This document shows positions 19,341-27,597 of a stretch of DNA of 64,000 nt, piece after piece. The notes under the pieces were generated by a model that was given only the letters and a program-made list of their open reading frames with translations, was not told where the DNA came from and ran no database searches. A program made the position numbers and the translations under genes. Position 1 is the first letter of the stretch; each line of letters opens with the position of its first letter. Origin of the DNA: Thermoplasmata archaeon (GTDB taxonomy: Archaea; Thermoplasmatota; Thermoplasmata; Lutacidiplasmatales; UBA184); contig JBAUAJ010000168.1 of NCBI GenBank assembly GCA_049675585.1, forward strand, positions 12,388 to 76,387, given 5' to 3'.

Positions 19341-19419
19341 GCGGAGGACGCTACGGCGCTCCGGGATAAAGCGCGTGCGAGGCCGCAATCTGTTTCTCTC
19401 GGGCGCGCGTCCCCGTATC

Positions 19420-20376
19420 GTGGCGACGCGCCGGCACGACTTGACCGACGTGCGCGGACTTTCCGTAGGCCAGGCAGAGTCCTCGGACGGGACGACCGGC
19501 GTCACGGTCGTTCGGTTCGCGGTGGCGGCCCCGACCGTAGTCGATGTGCGGGGCGGTGCCTCCGCGACGTACGATACGGCGTCCCTCGCGGTGGAGGCGA
19601 CGTTCGGGCGGCGCTGGGCGATCTTTCTGGCGGGGGGAAGCGTCTTCGGTCTCGACGCGGGCCGCGGCGTGCGGGCTCGGATCCTCGAATCCGGCGGCGG
19701 CCACCGCGCGTTCTCCAACCCCAATCGGGTAGTGCCGATCTCGGGCGCCGCGCTGTTCGACCTGCCGACCCGCGAAGGGCCGATGCCGGATTACGAGGCC
19801 CTCGGCCACCGGGCCGCCGAACGGGCCGCTCGCCGGAAGGTCGCCCAGGGCGCGGTCGGCGCGGGCGCGGGCGCTACGGTCGGCAAGTACCTCGGGAAGG
19901 CCCGGTCGATGCACGGAGGGATCGGGTCGAGTGCCGTTCGGCTCCGGGGGGACATCACCGTCGGAGTGCTCGTCGCGGTCAACGCCGTGGGGGCGATTCG
20001 CGACCCCGACTCCGGCCGTTGGATCGCCGGCGCCCGGTCCCCTCGAGGCGGAATCTCCCCGCCGGGTAGGGCGTGGAACCGCGCGGGCCGGTCGCGGGGT
20101 ACCACCCTCACTATCGTGGCGACCGACGCGCCGCTCGATCGGCCCGGGCTCGCGCGGGTCGCCGCGATCGTCCACACCGGCCTCGCGCGAGCGATCGTCC
20201 CCTACCACACCTCCACCGACGGGGACGTGGTGTTCGCGAGCTCGACCTCCGCCCGCGAGTTGGGGAGGTCGGACGGCGCCCCAGGGGTCGCCGCGGACCG
20301 GATCGGAACCGCCGCCGCCGATCGCGCGGTCGCCTCCGTGCTGGCCGCGGTCCGGCGCTCGAATCGAGGGGCGTAG
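19420..20376 (+). CDS. P1-family (S58, DmpA/L-aminopeptidase-like) peptidase
   Basis: The N-terminus LTDVRGLSVGQAESSDGTTGVTVVRF, then GSVFGLDA and later TLTIVATDAPL, form the typical DmpA/S58 pattern. The start is uncertain: either GTG 19420, downstream of the shared TATA, or ATG 19339. Confidence 0.75.
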   Translation: MATRRHDLTDVRGLSVGQAESSDGTTGVTVVRFAVAAPTVVDVRGGASATYDTASLAVEATFGRRWAIFLAGGSVFGLDAGRGVRARILESGGGHRAFSNPNRVVPISGAALFDLPTREGPMPDYEALGHRAAERAARRKVAQGAVGAGAGATVGKYLGKARSMHGGIGSSAVRLRGDITVGVLVAVNAVGAIRDPDSGRWIAGARSPRGGISPPGRAWNRAGRSRGTTLTIVATDAPLDRPGLARVAAIVHTGLARAIVPYHTSTDGDVVFASSTSARELGRSDGAPGVAADRIGTAAADRAVASVLAAVRRSNRGA

Positions 20377-20438
20377 ACCCAGCGCCGGCGAGGCCGAAAA
20401 ATAGACGAACCCTGGGGGACTCTACGGTCCTGAGTCTC

Positions 20439-20699
20439 ATGGACGCTCCGCCCCGACGGATCTCGTGGATCAGTGCGCCTCCGGAGATCTGCACCCTCTG
20501 CAAGGAGCCGCTCGACAATCCCGAGGAGACGAGCTCCTGGAACGGAAATCCAGCCCACCGCGATTGCGTGCGGATCCACATGCTGCAACGCGATCCCGCG
20601 TTCCGGGACGGGGAGGAGGAGCCCGAACCGACCGACGAGCCGTCGGACTCCATCGACGGGGTCCTGCCGCGGGACGACGACGAGTCGGAGTTCGAATGA
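20439..20699 (+). CDS. small CxxC...HxxC protein with acidic tail (86 aa)
   Basis: This is the 3' part of ORF 20073..20699, from ATG 20439: ...EICTLCKEPLDNPEETSSWNGNPAHRDCVRIH...DDDESEFE. An A-rich island (20397-20403) lies upstream, and third-position bias is acceptable. Confidence 0.4.
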   Translation: MDAPPRRISWISAPPEICTLCKEPLDNPEETSSWNGNPAHRDCVRIHMLQRDPAFRDGEEEPEPTDEPSDSIDGVLPRDDDESEFE

Positions 20700-20803
20700 G
20701 TCGGCGATCGCCCTCCGCCTGACGTTTAACCCCCACAACAACCGCTAAGAAGGGGGAGTATGTCTTCTGGGCGAAGCCCGGACGTTCCTCGAAGGTGTAG
20801 CAC

Positions 20804-22396
20804 ATGCCGGAAGTGGTGATCACCTGCGACTGGACGATGATGAGCAACCACCACGGGAAGGAGTTCCTGGGGTTCGGAACGACCACTCCGGCCTACATCT
20901 TCCCCGAGGCGGTCTACCAGCGACTGTTCTTCCCGGCGATGCCCGTGGACGAGAACGGCTACCCGCTGCAAGCGCCCTACGGAATGCGCAAGATCGAGGC
21001 GTCTCTGATCGACGGTGGGTTTGACGCCCGGATCGTCCACCCGGGCCACCTGTCCCGGTACATGCCGGGCGAGGCGAAGGTCCTGCTCATCTCGGGCCAC
21101 GATTACTTCGGGCTCAACCCGCCGAGCTCCACGTTCGCCGGCGTGATGAAGAAGGAGACCCTCAACTGCGTCAATTTCAAGCGGATGCTCCGCCAGCCGG
21201 CGGTGGTCGAGGCCCGCAAGCGCGGGATGAAGATCATCGCGGGCGGCCCGTGCGCGTGGCAGCTGGCGCCGGCGACCCGGCAAAAACTTCCGTTCATCCA
21301 GGAGTTCGTCGACTCGATCGGGGGGATCGATACCGTTGTCGAGGGCGAGAGCGACGTCTTCGTCCGGGAGATCGTCTCGAAGGCGCTCCACGACGAGTTC
21401 CTTCCGCCCCACGTCGTGCTCACCCCGAAGGAGGCGCCGAAGGTCGAGCAGATCTCCTCGATCAAGTACGCGAGCGTCAACGGCCTCGTGGAGATCGGCC
21501 GGGGCTGCTGCCGCGGCTGCTCGTTCTGCTCGGTCACCACGCGCCCGACCCGTTGGTACCCCCTCTCGAAGATCGAGGAGGAGTTGAAGGTCAATGCGAA
21601 GCTCGGCATCCGCAAGGGGCTGCTCCACTCGGACGACGTGATGTTCTACGGCAGCCCGAACGTCATGCCGCACGAGGACAAGCTCCTCCCGATGCTCAAG
21701 CTCGCGAAGCAGTACTATCCCCAGGTCGGCTGGAGCCACGTCGCGATCGCGACGCTGATGACGAAGCCGAAGCTCCTCGCCAAGTGCGCGGAGGTGCTGA
21801 TCGACGACAAGCAGGACTGGTGGGGGGTCGAGGTCGGCGTCGAGACCGGCTCGCCGCGGATGATCACCGCCGCCATGCCCGGCAAGGTCGCCCCGTTCAA
21901 GGCGTCCCAGTGGCCCGAGCTCGTCGTCCAGGCCGCGGGCCTGATGAACGACAACCACGTCTACCCGGCGTGCACGTTCATCGTCGGCCTGCCGCAGGAG
22001 ACCGAGGAGGACGTCGCCCGGACGATCGATCTCATCGACGATCTCTGGGACTTCAAGGCGCTCCTCGTGCCGATGTTCTTCGTTCCGCTGGGCCACCTCA
22101 AGTCGAAGGACTGGTTCAGCCGGGATCGCCTCTCGCCGCTCCAGGAGGAGCTCCTCAAGCGGGCGCTGACCCACGGGATCCGCCAGTCGAAGCGGATGCT
22201 CGCCGACTTCTTCGATTGGGAGGGGTCGCACACCGCGCTCTACCGGAACACGTTCCGGGGGTTCATCTACTTCCTCGAGACCGTTGCGAAGATGAACGGG
22301 CTCCTGAGCCCGTCCGCGCGCCCGGCCCGCGCGATCGTCGACCCCAACTCCGCGCCCGACCGGCTGCCGATACCTACGATCCCGGTGCGCGAGTAA
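20804..22396 (+). CDS. B12-binding-like domain radical SAM protein (530 aa)
   Basis: The radical-SAM cluster motif GRGCCRGCSFCSV (CxxxCxxC) follows an N-terminal Rossmann/B12-binding-like region (KVLLISGHDYFG..., MKIIAGGPCAWQ). Confidence 0.85.
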   Translation: MPEVVITCDWTMMSNHHGKEFLGFGTTTPAYIFPEAVYQRLFFPAMPVDENGYPLQAPYGMRKIEASLIDGGFDARIVHPGHLSRYMPGEAKVLLISGHDYFGLNPPSSTFAGVMKKETLNCVNFKRMLRQPAVVEARKRGMKIIAGGPCAWQLAPATRQKLPFIQEFVDSIGGIDTVVEGESDVFVREIVSKALHDEFLPPHVVLTPKEAPKVEQISSIKYASVNGLVEIGRGCCRGCSFCSVTTRPTRWYPLSKIEEELKVNAKLGIRKGLLHSDDVMFYGSPNVMPHEDKLLPMLKLAKQYYPQVGWSHVAIATLMTKPKLLAKCAEVLIDDKQDWWGVEVGVETGSPRMITAAMPGKVAPFKASQWPELVVQAAGLMNDNHVYPACTFIVGLPQETEEDVARTIDLIDDLWDFKALLVPMFFVPLGHLKSKDWFSRDRLSPLQEELLKRALTHGIRQSKRMLADFFDWEGSHTALYRNTFRGFIYFLETVAKMNGLLSPSARPARAIVDPNSAPDRLPIPTIPVRE

Positions 22397-22412
22397 GTCG
22401 GCCGACGCGGCG

Positions 22413-22943
22413 TTACGCCTCGTCGTCCGGGAACTCCGTCGGGAGCGGCGTCTCCCGCTCGGCGGCCGGCGGGTGGTACTCGGGAATCGGATCGGGCGCC
22501 GGCCCCCGGGCCCCCCCGCCGACGACCGAGAGACGGACCTCACGCCCGTTCCCGTCGTAGGCGCGCCACGCCCCTTGGGTGAACGGGGCTCCGACGATCA
22601 GATGTCGGAGGCCCCAGCCTCGGAAGAGGCGGAGGTCGGCCTCGGACGGATGGAGCGCTCCGGACGGATGCGAATGCACGGTGCCGACGATCGTCAGATC
22701 CGCGGGCAGCATGTAGAGGCGGAAGTTCGCGTGCCGCCGGCCGGCGGTCGTCCCCGGAATGAGCAAGAGCTCTCCGATCACTCCGGGCGGCTCGGCCCGG
22801 AGCACGCCGCCGAACTCGTTCGGATAGGCGGAGGCGCCGCTCGCGAGCACGCTGTCGAGGGTGCGGCGCGAGATCGCGGTCGGGGTCGCGCCGAGACGGG
22901 GCGCCCCCGGGAGGCGCTTACGCTGGGGGCGGAAGATCGGCAA
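22413..22943 (-). CDS. JAB1/MPN/Mov34 (JAMM) metalloprotease
   Basis: NEFGG (Glu) and the complete JAMM motif HSHPSGALHPSEAD are present. The start is uncertain. TTG 22943 is proposed, and the maximal ORF start at 23009 would overlap nadK by 92 nt. Confidence 0.7.
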   Translation of the reverse strand: MPIFRPQRKRLPGAPRLGATPTAISRRTLDSVLASGASAYPNEFGGVLRAEPPGVIGELLLIPGTTAGRRHANFRLYMLPADLTIVGTVHSHPSGALHPSEADLRLFRGWGLRHLIVGAPFTQGAWRAYDGNGREVRLSVVGGGARGPAPDPIPEYHPPAAERETPLPTEFPDDEA

Positions 22944-23796
22944 ACGAACCTCCCCGGTCGGCGAACTCCTCGTTCCACGGGAGGATCCGCTTTCCGCGCA
23001 GGCGTTCAAGGAACCCGACGCCGAACCGGACGAGCGTCGCCCGGCGGGGCGACCGGTGGATGATGACGGTCTCTCCCTCCGATAGCGGATACTGGTCCTG
23101 GCCGTCCACGAGCACTACCGCCGACCCGTCCCCCTCGACGGCGCGGATCCCGACGGTGGCGAGCGGATCGACGACGAGCGAGCGGGCCTCCGCGCGGAAC
23201 GGCGCGATCGCGGTGAGGACCAGCCCTTCCACCGCCGGCGCCACGATCGGGCCGAGCGAACTCAGCGAGTAGGCGGTCGACCCGGTCGGCGTCGCGACGA
23301 TCAGTCCGTCCGCGCGGACCCGGCCGACGACGCGGCGGTCGAACGAGATCTCGAACGATCCCATCGCGCCGACGCGGGCCGCGTGGACCACGTACTCGTT
23401 CACCACGTCCGGTAGCGGGGTGGGGCCCGCCTGCCCGGCGAGCTTCATCCGCTCCTCGAGGGTGTACCGACCCGCGAGCAGCCGCTCGATCGCGGCATCG
23501 AACTCCCCCGGGCGCCGTGCGTCGACCTCGGCGAGGACTCCCACCGTGCCCGCGTTCACCGGAAGCAGCGGGAGCGACGAGCGCCGCAGCGTGTACAGGA
23601 ACGTCCCGTCGCCCCCGATCGCGAGCAGCACGTCGGTCGCCATCTTCTCGAGAGGGGAGTGGGGCCGTCCCGGATCGGCCGGCCCGGCCGCGTCGCTCAG
23701 GACGACCTCGGCCCGGTCGCCGATCTGCTCGAGCGCCCGACGCGCGAGCGCGATGGCCGCCGGCTTGCGGGGATGGGCGGTGAGGCCGATCTTCAC
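22918..23796 (-). CDS. nadK: NAD kinase
   Basis: LLAIGGDGTFL (GGDGT) and the later PTGSTAYSLS motif are present. Its GTG start at 23796 overlaps the TGA of the upstream IMPase-family gene (GTGA). Confidence 0.9.
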   Translation of the reverse strand: MKIGLTAHPRKPAAIALARRALEQIGDRAEVVLSDAAGPADPGRPHSPLEKMATDVLLAIGGDGTFLYTLRRSSLPLLPVNAGTVGVLAEVDARRPGEFDAAIERLLAGRYTLEERMKLAGQAGPTPLPDVVNEYVVHAARVGAMGSFEISFDRRVVGRVRADGLIVATPTGSTAYSLSSLGPIVAPAVEGLVLTAIAPFRAEARSLVVDPLATVGIRAVEGDGSAVVLVDGQDQYPLSEGETVIIHRSPRRATLVRFGVGFLERLRGKRILPWNEEFADRGGSFADLPPPA

Positions 23797-24605
23797 GGGA
23801 ACGCTCCCGCGGCGAACGCACGGCCGACCTCGGCGTCCCCCCAGGCGAAGACGCTCGTCCGCTCCTCGATCCCGAGCGGCACGGGGCCGATCGGACGGCC
23901 GTCGGCGCTCGATATCCCCCCGCCGGCTTCGAGGAGAATGCGGTAGGCGCCGGCGATGTCGGTGACCCGGAGGTTGCGCGACGCCTCGCGGTTCTCGAAC
24001 AGGTAGGCGTCCGCCGAACCCTGGGCGACCATCATCATCTCGAGGGAAGCGCACCCGAGGGAGCGCACTCGGCGGGCCGTCCCGGCGAGCCGGGTCGCCC
24101 GCTCTCCGGCCCGGTGGCCGAGATTGAGGAACACGACCTCCCCCTTCGGCCGGCGCGCTCGGGTGCGGATCGGTCGTCCGTCACGAAACGCGCCCTTCCC
24201 CCGCTCCGCCCAGTACGTGGTGCCCCGGTCCAAGTCCCGCACGAGCGCCACGTCGATCCCATCGAGATCCTTCTCTCCGAGCGCGAGCGACACGGTCGAG
24301 AACGGCATCTGGCGGAGCGCGTTCGATGTTCCGTCGATCGGATCGACCACGAGGCTGCGCGTTCCGCCGCGGGGGACCGAGCCGATCTCCTCCGAGACCA
24401 AGTTCCAATCGACTCCCTCGGCCTCGAGCGCCTCGAGCACCTGCCGCTCCGCGAGGCGGTCGATCTCCTCGGTCGGAGTCCCTCCGACGCTCACGGAGAC
24501 CACATCGGCCCGGTGCGGCGAGCCCGCCGCGTCCCGGACGGTGCGCTGCACGGCGAGTCCGATGCGGAACAGGATCTCGAGGTCGGCGCCGCGTCCGCTC
24601 GCCAC
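23793..24605 (-). CDS. inositol-monophosphatase-family phosphatase (IMPase/FBPase/NADP-phosphatase type)
   Basis: The metal-binding motifs LVSEE and VVDPIDGTSNA, plus the C-terminal WD-like region, are present. It has a GTG start. Confidence 0.85.
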   Translation of the reverse strand: MASGRGADLEILFRIGLAVQRTVRDAAGSPHRADVVSVSVGGTPTEEIDRLAERQVLEALEAEGVDWNLVSEEIGSVPRGGTRSLVVDPIDGTSNALRQMPFSTVSLALGEKDLDGIDVALVRDLDRGTTYWAERGKGAFRDGRPIRTRARRPKGEVVFLNLGHRAGERATRLAGTARRVRSLGCASLEMMMVAQGSADAYLFENREASRNLRVTDIAGAYRILLEAGGGISSADGRPIGPVPLGIEERTSVFAWGDAEVGRAFAAGAFP

Positions 24606-24700
24606 GGCGCCCCGACCGGAGGCGGGCTAATCACCCCTTTGACGCCGACCGGTCGAACGCGGGAAGCTGACGTTATCAGGCGACACCGCTCGGCGGCGCA

Positions 24701-25933
24701 ATGGAACTGCGGTTTCTCGGCGGGGCGTCGGAGGTCGGGTCGCTCGGCCTCGTCGTCCGGGACCAGGGGCGCACCCTGCTGTTCGACTACGGGATGACCC
24801 CGGACGACCCGCCGACCTACCCGCGACCGCTGCCCACGAACATCGATCTCGCCGTGCTGTCGCATGCGCACCTCGATCACTCCGGGATGACTCCGCTCCT
24901 GAGCCGACTGCCGAAGGCGCGGATGATCGCGACCCCGGTGACGATCGCGGTCGCCGACCTCCTCACCAAGGACGCCCTCAAGATCGCCCGTCTGGAAGGG
25001 TACCTGGCACCGTACACCACGGCGGACATCCGGGGGCTGCACGAGCGGTTCACCGCCGTCGACCGCCACGGGACGTTCCGCACCAACGGGATCGAGGTCG
25101 AGCTGACGCCCGCGGGCCACATCCCCGGGGCGACGATGGTCCTCTACCGGGGCGAGAAGGACGTGCTGTTCACGGGGGACCTGCAGACGATCCCGACCCA
25201 TCTCGTCGGCGCCGCGCAGCCGGTGGAGTGCGACGTGCTGGTGATGGAGTCGACGTACGCGGGGCGAGAGCACCCGGACCGCCGGGAAACGGAACGAAAG
25301 TTCCGCGACAAGGTCGCCGAGACCGTCGAGCGCGGGGGGATCGCGATCGTGCCGGCGTTCGCGGTCGGGCGCGCCCAGGAGGTGCTGATGTCCCTCGCCT
25401 CGACCGGTTTCGAGACGTACTTGGACGGGATGGCGCGGGCGGTCAACGACATCTACCGCGCCGCGCCGGAGTACCTCGCCGACTCGGTCCGGTTCCGTCG
25501 GGCGCTCGAGAGCGTCCACGTGGTCGAGCACCCCGGCGACCGGAAACGCGCGCTGCGCGAAGCCCAGGTGATCGTCACCACCGGGGGGATGCTGGACGGA
25601 GGGCCGGTCCTCTACTATCTCGGGGAGCGCTACAAGGACCCGAAGTCCTCGATCCTCCTCACGGGCTACCAGGTCGAGGGGTCGAACGGACGCCAACTGC
25701 TCGAGGAGGGTACCCTTACGATCGATGAGACCGTCGTGCGCCCGCTCTGCGAGCTCGCCAAGTACGATTTCTCTGCCCATGCCGGGCACTCCGAGCTCGT
25801 CCGACTGGCGAAGGAGACCCGGGCGAAGACCGTGGTGCTGATGCACGGGGACAACCGCGAGCCGCTCCGGGATTCGCTCGAGGCGACGGCGGAGGTCCTC
25901 CTACCGGAGAACGGCCGCCCGTTCACGCTCTAG
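24701..25933 (+). CDS. beta-CASP family metallo-beta-lactamase-fold ribonuclease (short aCPSF2-like form)
   Basis: The MBL motif SHAHLDHSG and the C-terminal beta-CASP motifs FSAHAGHSEL...VVLMHGD are present. 410 aa. GTTATCA lies 26 nt upstream of the ATG. Confidence 0.8.
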   Translation: MELRFLGGASEVGSLGLVVRDQGRTLLFDYGMTPDDPPTYPRPLPTNIDLAVLSHAHLDHSGMTPLLSRLPKARMIATPVTIAVADLLTKDALKIARLEGYLAPYTTADIRGLHERFTAVDRHGTFRTNGIEVELTPAGHIPGATMVLYRGEKDVLFTGDLQTIPTHLVGAAQPVECDVLVMESTYAGREHPDRRETERKFRDKVAETVERGGIAIVPAFAVGRAQEVLMSLASTGFETYLDGMARAVNDIYRAAPEYLADSVRFRRALESVHVVEHPGDRKRALREAQVIVTTGGMLDGGPVLYYLGERYKDPKSSILLTGYQVEGSNGRQLLEEGTLTIDETVVRPLCELAKYDFSAHAGHSELVRLAKETRAKTVVLMHGDNREPLRDSLEATAEVLLPENGRPFTL

Positions 25934-26280
25934 GACGGCGCCGCGTCGGGAAGATCGACCTCGATCATCCCGGAATGTTCGCGCGTCGGAAACACCGCGA
26001 CGGCCCCCACGCCACCTTCGGGCGGTGTTACGCCGAACGGGTCGGTGACCACGCTCCCGTCCGTCACGTCGAACGTCGCCTCGTGGAGCGGACAGGTGAG
26101 GCGTCGTCCACGGAGCGTGCCCTCCGCGAGCGATCCCCCGATGTGGGGGCAAGCGCCGTCGAGCGCGTGGATCCTCCCCTCGACCCGCGCGAGCACCACG
26201 GGTCGAAACTGGAGGACGACTTCCCGCAGCGACCCTTCGGTCACGGTCGCGGCCGCCACCCCGGTCGGCAGCCAGGTCAT
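25930..26280 (-). CDS. Rieske [2Fe-2S] domain protein
   Basis: CPH-x16-CPLH matches the Rieske motif. 116 aa. Its ATG overlaps the TGA of the upstream GTPase gene. Confidence 0.8.
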   Translation of the reverse strand: MTWLPTGVAAATVTEGSLREVVLQFRPVVLARVEGRIHALDGACPHIGGSLAEGTLRGRRLTCPLHEATFDVTDGSVVTDPFGVTPPEGGVGAVAVFPTREHSGMIEVDLPDAAPS

Positions 26281-27398
26281 GCGCGACGCCTGCCCGATCC
26301 CCTACCGGGGGGCCGGCGGCGGGAACCTCGGGATCCCTCGTCCGAGTCGTTCTCGTCGGAATCATCGTCCTCCTCTTCGAGCTCGGGCTCCGGCTCGACC
26401 TCGGGAGACGGGGTCATGTCCCGCGGGGGAAGGAGCGCCCGGAGCTTCTTCCACAGCTCCTCGAGGCCATCGCCCGTCCGTGCGGAGAGCTGCAACCGAT
26501 CGACCGGACGGCGCAGCAGATCGGATTTCGTTTCGACGACGAGGATCGGCAGCTTGGGGAACTCTAGGCGCCACCGTTCGAGGAGCTGTTCCTGTTCCGC
26601 CACGGTGTATCCGCAGGTTTCCGTCGGGTCGATGACGAACAGCACGACGGTGGCGGCCCGTTCGACGGCCGTCTGGGCTTCCGCCTCGGCGGGGTTCGCG
26701 TGACGCGCCCGCCCCAGCACTCCGGGGGTATCTACCACCTGGAGCCGGTCGAAGCCCAGGTCGGCGTGCCCGACGCCGATGGCGAGCGTGGTGAACGGAT
26801 AGTCGGCGACCTTCGGTCGGGCCGTCGAGAGCCGGGCGACGATGGATGACTTTCCGACGTTCGGGAACCCCGCCACCACGAGGGTCGGCGCGCCTTCGAG
26901 CAGGCGGGGCCGATCGTCGAGAAATCGGCCGATCTCCCGCAACTTCTCGATGTCGGCATCGATCTCCCGAACGTAGCTCGAGAGACGTCCATAGAAGGTG
27001 CGGATCACGTCCCCGAGGTCCGTTCGCTCGTCCCCGGACTGGGCCATCCGCTCGGCGTCCTTGGCGAGACCACGGATCCGCTCCTCGGCCCGTCGCAGCC
27101 GGAGAAGCGCTCGGTCGAGCGTGCCCGTCCCGAACTTCCGAGCGATCAACGCCTTCTCGAACTGGCCGGAGGAGCCCTTCCGTATCTCCGTGGTCTCGAG
27201 CCGCAGGTGGCGGATCACCGTCGCGCCGCTGCGGACGATCTTCAGGATCGCCCGGCGACGGTCGCGCTCCGCCTTGGTACGTGCCTTCGGCTGCACGAGG
27301 GAGGCCCGGCGGAACGCGATGTCGAGGATCCCGACCGACGGCGGGGGAGGCTCGGTGGAGCGGCCGCGGTACGGGCGGGGCGGGGGACGACGGGGCAT
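26277..27398 (-). CDS. NOG1-family GTP-binding protein
   Basis: GFPNVGKSS (G1), DTPG (G3) and ETKSD (G4) are present. It has an N-terminal helical NOG1-like region and a strongly acidic C-terminal tail. The start was set to ATG 27398, and the track ORF to 27797 is an over-extension. Confidence 0.8.
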   Translation of the reverse strand: MPRRPPPRPYRGRSTEPPPPSVGILDIAFRRASLVQPKARTKAERDRRRAILKIVRSGATVIRHLRLETTEIRKGSSGQFEKALIARKFGTGTLDRALLRLRRAEERIRGLAKDAERMAQSGDERTDLGDVIRTFYGRLSSYVREIDADIEKLREIGRFLDDRPRLLEGAPTLVVAGFPNVGKSSIVARLSTARPKVADYPFTTLAIGVGHADLGFDRLQVVDTPGVLGRARHANPAEAEAQTAVERAATVVLFVIDPTETCGYTVAEQEQLLERWRLEFPKLPILVVETKSDLLRRPVDRLQLSARTGDGLEELWKKLRALLPPRDMTPSPEVEPEPELEEEDDDSDENDSDEGSRGSRRRPPGRGSGRRRA

Positions 27399-27597
27399 AG
27401 AGTTCCGGCGCTGTCGAGCCCGTCGACCCGAATAGGCTTGCGGCGGTCCGAGCTCCGATCGAACGAGACTCGGATCTCGGGAATGAGGGCGTATCGTCCG
27501 AGGCCCCGGACGGGAGCCACCGTGGCGCCGCTCGCACCGTCCGGCGTGGCCAATTGATTTATGCGGAACTCCGCTCGCGCGCAGAGGGCGTACTCGC

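Noticed and set aside
20760-20819. 19-codon upstream ORF (MSSGRSPDVPRRCSTCRKW) overlapping the radical SAM start codon
   Set aside because: It has poor Shine-Dalgarno spacing, no supporting conservation evidence and unremarkable codon bias. It is probably fortuitous.
20804-22396. Calling the radical SAM protein a tetraether lipid synthase (Tes/GDGT-MAS) or ring synthase
   Set aside because: I have no diagnostic motif available from memory, and the Cys count looks too low for a three-cluster enzyme. It is left as a generic B12-binding-like radical SAM protein.
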